A stretch of 64,000 nucleotides of DNA from Eledone cirrhosa. Its lineage: Eukaryota. The notes beneath the pieces were generated by a model. It was not told where the DNA came from and made no database searches. It saw only the letters and a program-made list of their open reading frames with translations. A program made the translations under genes and the position numbers. The stretch's first letter is position 1. Each line of letters begins with the position of its first letter. The stretch lies in assembly GCA_964016885.1 (NCBI GenBank), contig OZ024755.1, positions 24,428,001-24,492,000 of the forward strand, in the 5' to 3' direction. Positions 13,838 to 27,597 of this stretch are shown one piece after another.

Positions 13838-14148
13838 CAAGGGCATTGTTTCGGGGGGGGGGGGGGGATACCAGGGGACAAGCCCCCCCCCCCCCCCCCC
13901 CCCCCCCTCACTTTTACAAACGTCTATATATTATTTTTTGTTTATTTGATATAATAGATTCTTTTTAAGCTTATTTTTTTATATCTGAACTTCATTTGAA
14001 TATATAAAATTAATTAGCGCAACATTTTACTTATGTGATAGTGTCCGGGAAAGGTACCATAAGCATTTTATGTTCCTTTAAGAATCAACAATGTTGGTTT
14101 GTCCCCCCACCCCCCCCACTCACATTTTTAAGGCAAACGAGGCCCCTG
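13838..14148. mobile_element. hAT-type MITE, 311 bp
   Basis: Imperfect 14-bp TIRs CAAGGGCATTGTTT / AAACGAGGCCCCTG. Perfect 8-bp TSD GCTGTTAT (13830-13837, 14149-14156). Subterminal G and C runs. Confidence 0.85.
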
Positions 14149-14626
14149 GCTGTTATCAACAACAACATAGAACGCCAGTTAAACCTACATGTGTGTGAGC
14201 TGTAACAGCAATATAGAAGGCCAGTTAAACCTACATAGGTTCTGTTCAAACCTGTGTCTCTTGAAACCTTGCAATAGATACTCACAGTACTAGATTCTGA
14301 CAGCGCTTCGTCAATTCATAATGTTTGTGTACTCCGGCTAAACTGTAATCCCAAGCTGAATAATGTACCTAAAACAGACCAAATAACATAAAAGCGATCC
14401 TTAGCGTAAGCACAACACACTCGTACAGCATTGATGAGATACAAGGTTCAATTCCGGGTGGGCCCCACTGGCCAATTTTATTTTTCAGTCACTAGGAGTA
14501 ATTTACTCGCTTTTCTCAGTCACAATCTAAAGTGATCAACAGTTATTGAAGCTGTCTTCTGCGTTTGGGTTTCTCACAGTTCCAAACTTACTTATTTCAA
14601 ACTTCCACCATTTCAATGATTAATAA

Positions 14627-14696
<70 letters not shown>

Positions 14697-14975
14697 TACG
14701 TGTATGTATATTTATATATATATATATTTAAACACACACAAATATATATGTACACACATGTGCCTAATAAGATCTACATGTCTCTATATACATTATATGG
14801 TTATGAATTCATATACTATTTTCGTTTATCTAATAAATATTAATTTATCGTTTTTTTACTACATTTTATTTAAAATTAAAATAAATTAAATTTGTTTTTC
14901 ACATTAAGATTTTATTCTTATAGTTCATTTTTCAATATTGTATGTATTATATATACATACTCACATATATATATG

Positions 14976-15058
<83 letters not shown>

Positions 15059-15059
15059 C

Positions 15060-15111
<52 letters not shown>

Positions 15112-15210
15112 TAATTATATTGTGTATATGAGGGAATTACCATCCCTCAATGTGTTCTGTATACAATTATATTTTATTGAATTTTGATATCTTTATTATG
15201 TTTATATATT

Positions 15211-15386
<176 letters not shown>

Positions 15387-15572
15387 TATATATATATATA
15401 TATATATTTGAGTGTGTGTGTATGTGTATGTGTATGTGTGCATACATCTATGTATGTATATTTTTCTATCGGAAAATTATCATCTTCATGCATGTCAGCC
15501 TTTTCTCCTTTCACTTCAACCATCATCATCATCTCCATAATCATCATAGTTATAAATCTCACAAACCTCTTC

Positions 15573-15628
<56 letters not shown>

Positions 15629-15783
15629 GCATCATCATCATCATCATCATCAGCATCATCATCATCATCATAACCATTACTGACATCGTCACGAGCCTCT
15701 TTAATCATCATCATCGGCACCACCTTCCCCATAATTATCATATGAAATCATAATTCTCTTCAATCAATTTCCTCCTCTTCTTG

Positions 15784-15835
<52 letters not shown>

Positions 15836-16250
15836 CAATCATCAACATCACCATCAATATCAACGTCATTGTCACAAACCCCATCATCATCATCATCATC
15901 ATCATCATCATTAATCACCATCATCATCACATCATCACTATCGTCATCCTACTCCTCGTCATCATCATCACCATCATCATAACCAGCATCACCATCATCA
16001 TCATCCTCCTCATCATCATCATCATCATCATCAACGTCATTGCTCTCATCATCACTGTCACCATCATCATCGTCGTCATCGTCGTCATCATCATCATCAT
16101 CATCATTATCATCATCATCATTATCATCATATTCATCATCATCATCATCATCATCACCATGATCATCATGATCATCATAGTTATCATCATCACCGCCACC
16201 ATCATCGTCACCTTCTACATCAACATCCATCTTGTCCTAGGCACCATCAT
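15573..16250. repeat. (CAT)n-rich tract
   Basis: Directly visible. Confidence 0.95.
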
Positions 16251-17354
16251 GATATCAGAGTGGTCCTTAATCTGAGGCCTATTGATGTTGATGCAGTAAT
16301 AAACTTTAGAGATCTCCTGTATCGCGATTAGCCCAGGGACGCTTTCTGCTATGATTACTGTTGTGTGTCAGATTTAATAAAAACATGCAATATAGAATAT
16401 ATGGGAAAACTTAAAGGTTGTTGATTTGCTCTAAATAACATCTGTTGGCAGAGGATCATTTGAGAGGCAATGTCATACAATACAGTACAACATCCTCATG
16501 TGCAAGAGTGGTTGGCATTTATGGCAGGAAGTTGAGAGAAAAATAAATAACTAACTCTTTCGATACTATATTGCCAATGAAATACACTGCCTTTAATTTT
16601 GAAACATTTTTGAAATTAATCAAAAATATGTAGAGACTTAATATAACTAACGACAATAAGATTTAACCTAATGAAATATAAAATACACTCTTGATAGTTG
16701 CAATGTTTCTGAACACGGAAGAGGCGAACTCCCACCGACGTCGTCCCCATTTCTCTCGCCCTCCCCATCTTTCTGTATAGTGAGTAAATGGGGTCCCACG
16801 TGCTAGCCGCCCCACAGCCCCGGCGGACAGAATGGAGAAGGTGTTTCCCCGGAGGATGGTAAGGGAGATGCGCTGGAAGAGCCATTCCATCTCGCGAGGC
16901 TCACACCTGCTGCTGCCCTGCTCAGTAATAGAATGAAAAGGCAACAAAAACTAAAAGTAGACTGTAGTTGCTATCCCTCAAGATAATTTAAATTGCTAGA
17001 GTTGTTACTAACATTTTCAGTTATATATAAAGCTTGCAATCAAAAAAATGTTCACCTTTTTCTAATTTTTGCTTCTTTTGTTTCCTTTATTTCTTTATCC
17101 TGAATGTTATATAATTCGGAAATTGTTTCTTTATTCTGTTTGTATCGTCCAATATTTGATTTACAAAATTCTTCTACACTACGCCGTTTTTTTCTAAGAC
17201 GTGTCTTCAATTACTTAGCGATCAATCATTCCGTAGTTACTTTACAGCGAAGTGTGTAAGCATTGTCCGATGATTTTGCATGTAATTTATGTTTTCGTTT
17301 TTCTTTTCCAAGTACCCACGGCAATAATGACGAACGTCAGTGTAATAAACGTTA

Positions 17355-17494
17355 CACTTAGAAGGCGATTTATCACAAAAATGCGGGTATATATAAAATC
17401 CCACACCCCAAATCATACCCTTGAAGCTAGGTATGATATTTCTATGCTGATAGCAAAGCATGAGAAGAATCATACAATTCTTAAACCTGCAATA
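17355..17494 (+). mobile_element. hAT (Buster/Charlie, ZBED5-like) transposase fragment
   Basis: TLEARYDISMLIAKHEKNHTILKPAI resembles the family motif LEASYxISLLIAKxGKxHTIGExLIxP. Confidence 0.65.
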
Positions 17495-17506
17495 TATATA
17501 TATACA

Positions 17507-17573
<67 letters not shown>

Positions 17574-18344
17574 GATAAGAAACGAAAGGAGCTGTGTGGT
17601 TACTATAAACAAAGTTTAGGATGGTGGTATGGACGAAACAAGAGAAGAAAAGAAAAGAAAAGAAAAGAAAAGAAGAAAAGAATCCTTCGTCAGCTGTAAT
17701 CCGCGATCAAGATGTTTCGGCGCTTATTTACAGGACATCTATAAGCGATCAGCGGTGCGACCAAGGCCTTTTTCTTAATCAAAAGGCCAGGAGGAAAAGA
17801 AGAGAAAAAGGAAGGAAAAAGAAGGAAAAGAGGAAGGAGAACAAAGGGGGAAAGGTGGCGAGGAGAGAGGAAGAAAGAGAATAAAAAAGAGAGAAAAAAC
17901 GGGTGATCAGACCCCATCGTGGGGGGAGACATGACAATGGAACATGCAAGTGAGTAACCGAGGAAAAATAGGATAAATAAGTTATAGCAAACCGGGTAGA
18001 CATAAGTCTGGAGGGATGCGCTAACAAGAGCCCAGTGTTAGCGTGTCGACTCAATCGTAGCAGAGAGAGAGAGAGGGAGAAGGGAAAGGGAGATAATCCA
18101 AAAAGGGTTTTACGATAGTTGCAAAACGAGAGAGAGGAGGAAAAAGGGAAGAGAGAAGGGGAGAGTCGATGCGAAAATGTGGTGGGACCACAGATCGAAG
18201 AAAACAGGTAGAGGAGGGTCACAGCGGTAAATATATATATATACTATTACTAATTTTCCCTTATTCCTAATTAAACTATTTTTCACTGTGAACAATTTGT
18301 CAGCATTTTCTTTTCCGTTTACCAATATATATATATATATATAT

Positions 18345-18591
18345 AAAATAAAGTTAAATAAAAAGTCAAATGTTTAAAATTTAGCTTCGTTTATTACTGC
18401 TATATATATTTCAGTGACAGCCATCTTTGGCTGTGACCTCTTCAGGCAGTCTGAATTAGTGTGGTATAGACAAGTACATATGTTGTTGAGGTGTATAATT
18501 TTATCAATACTCTGATATGCCCAGTTGCTGGATGGGTTGTTATTTCACTGAGGAACTGGAATCATATGATTCCAGTTCCTCAGTGAAATAA
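18345..18591 (-). mobile_element. Hammerhead-bearing short non-coding element, family H1 copy 1
   Basis: Reverse complement closely matches 55552-55773 and 61011-61224. Confidence 0.9.
18396..18450 (-). ncRNA. Minimal type I hammerhead ribozyme (H1)
   Basis: ACUGC-CUGAAGA-GGUCACAGCCA(AAGA)UGGCUGUCACU-GAAA-UAUAUA-UA-GCAGU. 5-bp stem I, stem II 10 of 11 pairs, palindromic stem III AUAUAUAU, AUA triplet. Confidence 0.85.
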
Positions 18592-18828
18592 GATCTGTCT
18601 ATTGTTTGTTGTTGTTGTTGATGTTGTTTAACCCTAGGTCGGTTGTGACATTACAGATCTATCATAAAAGACTTTCCATTGATGGCCCTCTCATCTTTTC
18701 CCTAGGCTTAGTGTACACTCTATTTAGCATTGGACTATATTTTTTAATGTGATCTGTTTCTTTGTCAAGACTATTGGGTAGAAACGGCCCAGCTCTTAAA
18801 ACCGGCCTGAGTATCCATTATATTGAGA

Positions 18829-18972
18829 GACTGCTGAAAGCCAGAGGTATGGTTTCACTGCTCAGTTAAGGTTACACAGACTAACAGATTGATGAGGGAC
18901 AGAGGTGTAGTTTCGTTGATCCCCTAACGTGACACTGACTAATAGACTGCTGGGGGACAGCGATGTGTTTTC
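18829..18972. repeat. Degenerate ~59-bp tandem repeat, about 2.5 copies
   Basis: Recurring GACTGCTG...CAGAGGTGT.GTTTC...ACAC.GACTAA. Confidence 0.6.
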
Positions 18973-19586
18973 AATGTATTATATTATCCATCAAAATCTT
19001 GATCTTACACATACATCAGTATAAAATCTCCGATTTCAAATTGATAGCGCATGAGAAAATTGTACATTTAATACTTAAGGATCTACAATATTCAATTCTT
19101 AAAGGCGTTAAATAATGTAAAACTACCGGACGTTCAGCATTTTATGTAGAATGATTGCTATCAACATGCATTTGCAAGTAAACATTTCTGTAAACATGTA
19201 TTCGTGAATAACATATATGCCTTTCATTTTAGTTCACAATTTCTCGTATTATACATGAGAAAACGCGGCGCATGAAACTTCACTTATCCTAGGGACCTAC
19301 TTCTCCGTGGTGTCTTTCTTTGCCGAGCAACAGTAATAAAAAAATGTTATATTATATTCCATTCCTTTTGACTTCGTAGCCAAGAATTATTTCATCAATT
19401 TGGCTTGTAAATCTAAGGATTTACGGTCTACACATAAGGTAATAGATATTCTTCATTATCAAAGGTTTCTATTTACCATTTACATATTTCTAAGAATTTA
19501 TTCATTTGAAGTCGTCATGTATATTTCTTTTCATGTGTCGACGTGTTAGTAATAGAATATATAAAATATATACATAGTTATGTATA

Positions 19587-19667
<81 letters not shown>

Positions 19668-19789
19668 TCCCGGGGCGCCGCATTGACATACGGCGTTTCT
19701 GGGGCATTTCAAAAAAGACCTGGCGGCGTCCGTCTCCTCTCCCGACCCGATGATTCCCCCAGAAAAGGATAGAGAGAGATATAGAGGAA

Positions 19790-20015
19790 GAATAGACCTT
19801 CAGTACTAGGCTGGTACTTCTTTTATCGACTTCGAAAAGAAGAAAGGCAAAGTTGACCTCGGTGGGATTTGAATTCAGAGAGCAGAGAGTCGAAACGAAT
19901 AACGTAAAGAATTCTATCCGACCTATTACACACAACATACAACCCCACCCCAAAATTTTGTGTGTGTAATGTTTGTTGTGTGTAATGGGCCGGATAGAAT
20001 GCTTTGCGTTATTCG
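19790..20015 (-). mobile_element. Family N-related SINE with inverted duplication of its head
   Basis: AAAGGCAAAGTTGACCTCGGTGGGATTTGAA on the plus strand. 19896-19940 is inverted at 19975-20015. Confidence 0.75.
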
Positions 20016-20031
20016 TATATATATACATATT

Positions 20032-20075
<44 letters not shown>

Positions 20076-20230
20076 GCGATTACCTTCTCTGCTATTTCCT
20101 GTCTCCAACTTTTAAACATTGATTCACTTCTTTATTACTTCCGATCGCCCGTCTAACATTTGTGTCGTTATTACCAATTACAATATTTTTTTGAAATGAA
20201 AAAAGTAATGTATATATATATATAAATATA

Positions 20231-20282
<52 letters not shown>

Positions 20283-20297
20283 TGTATACACACACAT

Positions 20298-20368
<71 letters not shown>

Positions 20369-20456
20369 ATATATATATGTGTGTGTGTATGTATATCTGT
20401 CTATGTATTTATGTATATACATATACGCATACTTACATACACACACATATATATCT

Positions 20457-20944
20457 ATTATGACAATATCTTTATACTAATTACAATTTTTTTTAATGAA
20501 GAAAAACAAATCAATATCTGTTCACATTCCAGTGTGTGGAACGTTTGACATTTTTAAATCATTTAAAACATATTAAATGTTTTAAAATAATTTCATTATT
20601 TATTTCCATCTTTTTATACATAAATACTTGTTGATGTTCGGTTTTTCTTACGACATACAGAAACTCACGTACACATACGTTATATACCACACGCGCTATG
20701 TGGCTCACTACTGTCATACATGAATGTTAAACGAAAAGGTAGCTATTTTTTTCCTAAATATTTATAAAAATAGATGGAAATAAATAGTGAAATGATTTTA
20801 AAACATTTAATACGTTTTAAATCATTTAAAAATGTCAAAAGTTCCGCACACATGAAATGTTAAGGGATATTGATTTATTATCCTTGCTGTACATTATTTT
20901 CTTCAGTAAAAAAATTGTAGTTGGTATAAAGATATTGTCATAAT
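20457..20944. repeat. AT-rich fold-back element, arms ~175-190 bp, spacer ~120 bp
   Basis: ATTATGACAATATCTTTATAC... at 20457 is the reverse complement of ...GTATAAAGATATTGTCATAAT at 20944. Internal blocks also mirror. Confidence 0.85.
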
Positions 20945-20966
20945 TGCGACACACGTACACACACAG

Positions 20967-20998
<32 letters not shown>

Positions 20999-21014
20999 CC
21001 ATACACACACGCAG

Positions 21015-21102
<88 letters not shown>

Positions 21103-21137
21103 CAACACACACACACACATATATATATATACACACA

Positions 21138-21437
21138 AGGCAGAGCCGCTACTTCTCCGTATTGAGTGATCACAGCTCCGATACTATGGGCATGTGGTTA
21201 GAATGTCTCTGGAAAGAATCGCTGGGCAGATTTTAGGGCGAAACCAACAGGTAGGAGACCCAGGGATAGACCCTGAGCAAGATTGATGGATAACATCGAT
21301 TAGCTTGGTTGGTCACGCTTGAGGATCCAGCCGGATCAGTTGTAGAGGGTTACTTCTGACAGGACCCGTTGGAGGGAGTGTTTGAGTACTCTGCCCCAAC
21401 AACCCTCTCAGGAATAAATAAACGATGAAAAGAAGAA
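21138..21437 (+). mobile_element. RTE (Expander-like) LINE 3' fragment
   Basis: AEPLLLRIE*SQLRYYGHVVRMS...KPTGRRPRDRP...WSRLRI...DRTRWRECL, with stops and a frameshift. Confidence 0.85.
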
Positions 21438-21445
21438 GAATATAT

Positions 21446-21516
<71 letters not shown>

Positions 21517-21864
21517 CTTTCGTCTCTTACTCCACTGGACAGCGTTTGGTTTATGTCAGACGCTGTGACACCGGGTGGACCAGTAGTACAGTTGGTAGGG
21601 GTCGAAACTGCCAAAGTCCATCTGAGCGGCAGATGACCCTGGAGTTCTGTGTCTTTCGTTGGAATGTTTTGTTGTTTTTTTAAATAATTTTTTAAGGTTT
21701 CCTCTTGAAAAATTGTTTCCGGTTTGCCTAGTTTCCGTTCGTTGCCGTGTCCTGTCTTTGTTAATTCTTTTAAGTTTATATATATATATATATATATATA
21801 TACTTACACACACACACACAGACACACACACACACATATATATATAATTACAACAGTGACATAA

Positions 21865-21914
21865 ACAGGTACTCAAGTTTCGTTGAGTTCTGGACCCCAA
21901 TTCGTTCAGCCTGT
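21865..21914 (-). ncRNA. Type I hammerhead variant with one extra core base
   Basis: ACAGG-CUGAACGA-AUUGGG...CUCAAC-GAAA-CUUGAG-UA-CCUGU. Its 3' half is repeated in inverted orientation at 21925-21964. Confidence 0.6.
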
Positions 21915-21970
21915 CATGAGATAAAAATTGGAGCCCAGAACCCAACGAAACTTGAGTACCTGTTACTTCA

Positions 21971-22067
<97 letters not shown>

Positions 22068-22559
22068 CATGCGTATGTATGTATGTATGTATGTATATAT
22101 GTATATACATACGTACACACACACGCACATATACATATACACCTTCTTAAGCACAAGATATATGTATGCACGTATATTTGCGTGTGATACTGTATATGTA
22201 TGCACGTACATTTTCGTGTGGTACTGCTATTTACGTACGTGAACGTAAGACACGTCATGCCTGTGATCTATTTTCACGCTTCACTGAAAAACTTCATCCG
22301 TGTTTAAAATAGACACAGAAACAACAAAATGTATTGTGGTCAGTTTCCGGTTGTTACCTGACGAGTCAATTCAAGGTGTGATATGTCAGGATGGAATGCG
22401 GTGAGGTGTCAAGCGTAGCGTTACGGCACATTAACTAGATATCAATAGTGAGGTGTTTGACAGGAAAATATATACTCTAATATTTCATGTGACCTACAGG
22501 AATGGAACCTCGTTTGTTTCGACGGTGAATGTTCCATTTGTTCACTGTAGATAATCTGT

Positions 22560-22825
22560 CTCTAGTCCAGAGGCTCACCAGGCCGGTGCTTATCCCGGTT
22601 TCCATGGCATTAAGCGACTGAGAGAACAATACTCTCCCCTGGATAAGACGCCAGCACATCGCAGGGTTAAACTCCATGGGACTCATTTTCAGTTGACTAT
22701 ACTCGAGCAACATGAAATGAAGTGTTTTGCTCAAGAACATAGCACACAACCTAGTCCAGGAATCGAATCCACAGCATTATGATCATAAGTCCAACACACT
22801 TACCACTAGGCAACGCGCCTCCATA
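22560..22825 (-). mobile_element. tRNA-derived SINE with a different body domain
   Basis: Head GGAATCGAA...ACCACTAGGCAACGCGCCTCC, hairpin AAGTGTTTTGCTCAAGAACA, body CCGGTGCTTATCCCGGTTTCC...AAGCGACTGAGAG. Confidence 0.8.
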
Positions 22826-23290
22826 GATAATCTGTAGGGAGAGTAAACTAGGATGTCTTTACATTTGTCTCTTGTCAAACCCGTTGTTATGTCGGTAGAA
22901 AGGAAGATGGTGATTTCTGATTTGTAAAGGTCTTCGTTGAACTCGTGACACAGGCAGGCCTGACTGATTAAAGAGTTCAATTGGCAGATAGTTTCGCGTC
23001 CCAGATCCTATCCGACTGCCATCATCGGTAACATCCTCATCCTCCTCCTCATCATCATCATCATCATCACCATCATCGTCACCATCGTGGTCATCATCAT
23101 CATCATCGCCATTAGCACCACCGTTATCATCATATATATATATATATATGTATGTATAACAAATAGGGTGTGATAAGATAGCAGGTTGACCTAAGGTAGT
23201 AGAGTGGGTAATAAGAAAAGAGTCAGTTCGGATCTAGTTGTCGAAACGGTCGGAGCTCAGCCGTCGGGGTCCTGATTTTTTTCCTATGTG

Positions 23291-23384
<94 letters not shown>

Positions 23385-23465
23385 CATACATACATATATG
23401 CATACAAATATATATATGTATATTTATACTCATACACGCAGACACATACACGCAGACACATATAT

Positions 23466-23533
<68 letters not shown>

Positions 23534-23802
23534 TTATATATACCACCTTCTGTATATGCTTACAGTGTGCATTCTGTTATCTTTATTAGCAGTCCTCAAG
23601 TACATAGCCCTTAACACACCATCCTTTTCCCAACACAAATGTTGGTGACTAATATGAAAATATTGCATGCTTTATCTTCAACTAGTCATTACCAAATGTA
23701 AGAAGGTAACAGCTGTAAAACTTTGGTTCCTGGAGGACCATTTAGACAAGTAATACACTTCATAGCTTCTATTAGCTGTAACCTTATATATATATATATA
23801 TA

Positions 23803-23855
<53 letters not shown>

Positions 23856-23878
23856 GTGTATATATATATATATATATA

Positions 23879-23933
<55 letters not shown>

Positions 23934-24013
23934 TGTGTGTATAAGTAAAAACACATTTTCTTTCAAATATGTTATATATGTGTGTGCGTGTGTGTGTGTG
24001 TGTGTGTGTGCGT

Positions 24014-24048
<35 letters not shown>

Positions 24049-24311
24049 GTGACATTTTCAAGAGACCTTCAAAATTATAAACACATAAATATGCGTGCAT
24101 ACCCTTTACGAGAAGCACACACATGCATACCCATATAAACCCACACATACATATGCCCATAAACACAAACGCATATACATATGCACATATACACACATAT
24201 ACACAGTTGCACATACCCATACAAATCAACAGAATCACCAAATGAAAGCAAAAGAATCTGAGTTCGAATCTGTCCAGGTTACACATATATGCATACCCCC
24301 CCCCACACACA

Positions 24312-24427
<116 letters not shown>

Positions 24428-24489
24428 TGTATGTATGTATATATATATATATATAATATATATATATAGAGAGAGAGAGAGGAAAATGT

Positions 24490-24666
24490 ATGACCCCGAC
24501 CGCAGAGCTAAAGCCGTTTCGACGGCTATTCTGGAAATAGCCGTCGAAACGGCTTGAGCTCTGTCATCGTTGTCATATATTTTCCTATTACGCACTCTAC
24601 TACCCTAAGTATTGAGTACTCTGGTGCGTTATGGTCCACCTGGTTCCTTACCACAACTCCTTCGTT
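24490..24666. mobile_element. Short repeat family H3 with hairpin; related pieces at 23150-23280 and 26578-26700
   Basis: GAAATAGCCGTCGAAACGGCTTGAGCTCTG is shared with 26650-26682. 24596-24666 is the reverse complement of 26578-26642. Confidence 0.75.
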
Positions 24667-24667
24667 A

Positions 24668-24792
<125 letters not shown>

Positions 24793-24944
24793 ATATATAT
24801 GTATATATATAGTTATATTTGGGGAGGATCATATTGTTGTAATAATATTGCCAGAAATAATAACAGAACACACTCACAAGTATAACAATATGTATTTCGA
24901 CACACGATTTCATATCAAAAACCTTGCAAAATAAATTTATATAC

Positions 24945-25026
24945 ATATATAAATATATATATTTGATATATATTTATCCTTATCGAGCCCTCTTTGGATT
25001 TTAGTCTTCAAATTTATTATTATTAC

Positions 25027-25030
<4 letters not shown>
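24945..25030 (-). repeat. Dispersed ~75-bp repeat, also at 60718-60792
   Basis: TAGTAATAATAATAAATTTGAAGACTAAAATCCAAAGAGGG..CTCGATAAGGATAAATATATATCAAATAT at both sites, each next to (TA)n. Confidence 0.85.
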
Positions 25031-25100
<70 letters not shown>

Positions 25101-25103
25101 ATA

Positions 25104-25190
<87 letters not shown>

Positions 25191-25204
25191 ATATATATAT
25201 ATAT

Positions 25205-25790
25205 GGGTTTTGTCTCAAAATGATGACCCTTCAACTTTGATTTCAACTCAGGCAAGTGGTAGAATTCACACGAAGCTAGATCTGGGTTAGAAGGAGGATG
25301 TAGAAAAGTTGGAACGTTTTTCTTCTCCAGAAATTCTCTATTTGAAAGTGATGTCTTTTGGGCACTAATTTTACACAAATTCTTATGTGTAAATGGCCTG
25401 TTAAAGTTCTGTGATCTGCATTTTTCTACGCCGTTTTCTTGTGCAGTCATGTAGCACTTAATCGGCGATTAATTCCATATTTTGTTCATTTATTGACGAG
25501 ATCCACCCTCAAGAACGAGGTTCATCTTTAATATAATCTCGGCTCATTTGAAAGCTTTGCGTCACTTAAAAACCTTACTTCTAGATAGAGTGGCATTTTC
25601 ATAAATTTGTCTTAAATAATTAAATTTTTGACAGATTTGTTGAGTCTCACACAAAAAAATTTATTACGTATGGGTTTTCGATATTTTCCTGCATCGCAAA
25701 CGTAGCACAGGTTATAAACAGGTCTGTACATATAACAGTAATAACTCACGACTGACTTGATCGATCATATTGGAACAGGTATGTACGTGC
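25205..25790 (-). mobile_element. Mariner transposase relic, internally deleted
   Basis: [28 protein letters not shown] is a decayed YSPDLAPCD motif. Upstream CVRLNKS...LSRSKVFK and KDEPRS match the N-terminal region. The high-coordinate boundary is approximate. Confidence 0.85.
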
Positions 25791-25909
25791 AGCCATGGTC
25801 ATAACCAACACACCTATATACGTAAACGTCAAGTGAAATAATGTGATAAGGAATTTGGTGTTATACAGGTGAAGGAGCACATGTGCTTACAAGTATATAT
25901 ATATGTGCT

Positions 25910-25985
<76 letters not shown>

Positions 25986-26043
25986 TATATGGCATGACTA
26001 AATTATAACCATCAACATAGTCAAGGTATGTCAGGCATCAACT

Positions 26044-26109
26044 TATTTTATCTGATGAAGACGTACTGTTGAAATAGCTCAGTACCTCTGAAATATGTAT
26101 AATAAAATA
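26044..26109 (+). ncRNA. Minimal type I hammerhead ribozyme (H2)
   Basis: UAUUUUAU-CUGAUGA-AGACGUACUG(11 nt)CAGUACCUCU-GAAA-UAUGUA-UA-AUAAAAUA. 8-bp stem I, stem II 9 of 10 pairs, cleavage predicted after 26101. Confidence 0.85.
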
Positions 26110-26151
26110 TATTTTATCACATGAATGTCTATATTTATTAATATTTTGTAG

Positions 26152-26290
<139 letters not shown>

Positions 26291-26339
26291 GTATAAAAAT
26301 AACGAAAAATCAGTGATGCATCTGGACTCAGTTTATTGC

Positions 26340-26428
26340 GTGTTACAATTGTTTCGCCGGCAGGTAGTTCGAGACATGATCACTGTATGGATCTGGCTGA
26401 TTCTACGGCTGCAGGTTCCTTCGGATAT
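26340..26428 (-). ncRNA. Decayed hammerhead (core CCGAAGG)
   Basis: GAAA-CAAUUG-UA intact with palindrome ACAAUUGU and a long imperfect stem II. Core and stem I are mutated. Confidence 0.4.
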
Positions 26429-26705
26429 GGGTAGTTCGTTCGGAGCAAATTTTCTCACTGGGGTGTTATCGTCAAAAAACACCTTCAAAAAACATCTTCC
26501 ACTCTTGTCATGCCATTGGCTGTTGCTATTCCACGTCATCTTAAGTTCTGGTCACTATGTATATATATATATATATTTAACGAAGGAAGTGTGGTAAAGA
26601 ACTAAATGGACTAGAGTACTCAATACTTTGAGTATAGAGTGAACTAGTCCAGAAATAGCCGTCGAAACGGCTTGAGCTCTGCCGTTGGAGTCTTGAACAT
26701 TTTCC

Positions 26706-26808
<103 letters not shown>

Positions 26809-26910
26809 TCATATATATATATATGTGTGCGTGTGTGTATGTATGTGTGTGTATTAAGTAAAACGATGAAGCTTCGTTTACATGTATTTAGTGTTATTTA
26901 TTTTTAGTAA

Positions 26911-27101
26911 AGGCGGTGGATTGGCAGTATTGGTAGAGGGTCGGACGCCATGCTTTGACGTATAGAGTTACGGCCCTTGCCATTCTGAGTTCAAATCCCG
27001 CCGAGGTTAACTTTGCCTTTCATCCTTACGGGGTCGATAAAATAAAGTACCAGTAATACACTGGATAATTGCTGGCCTTGTGCCTAACGTAGAAACAATT
27101 A
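26911..27101 (+). mobile_element. Family N SINE, full length
   Basis: Near-identical to 10696-10890 and to the reverse complement of 61769-61957. Confidence 0.9.
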
Positions 27102-27389
27102 TTTATTTTTAGTAACGAACTGTTACGCGCGCTTCACAGAGGATTGGCTCAATGTACCCAATAGAAGCTATAGCCTTGACTCCATTATCGATCTCCTCTT
27201 CGCACTGGTGATTTATAAAAATGTATTTGTTGTTCCCCAAATTCCTAGTCTTTTCACTTTATCTTTGTTCAGACAATGTCACAGAACAAAATAGAAAACC
27301 AATCTCTCTGAACTATAAGTACTGGCCATTGAAAGAGTGTACACGATTTCTCTCAAGCCAGTACACACAAGTCTCAATATCATTCGAGG

Positions 27390-27597
27390 GCGGTGTATTG
27401 TCAGTATTGATAAAACGTCAGACAACATTTTGTTTTATGGCATAGGGTTGTCCTTTTACGATCTGAGTTCAAATCCTGCCGCGGTTAGCTTTGCCTTTCA
27501 ACCTTACGAGGGTCAATAAAATAAAGTACCAGTAATACAATGGAGTCGATTTAATCGACTTTCCCCTCGGCCAAAATTGTTGGCATTGTGCCTAAAT
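27390..27597 (+). mobile_element. Family N SINE, older variant
   Basis: GAGTTCAAATCCTGCCGCGGTTAGCTTTGCCTTTC...ATAAAATAAAGTACCAGT. Confidence 0.85.

Noticed and set aside
16715-16945. GC-richer island with two short minus-strand ORFs
   Set aside because: No recognisable protein motif, RNA structure or second copy, so it is left uncalled.
17237-17490. Minus-strand exon with a TTGCAG acceptor
   Set aside because: The plus-strand hAT transposase motif explains the segment better.
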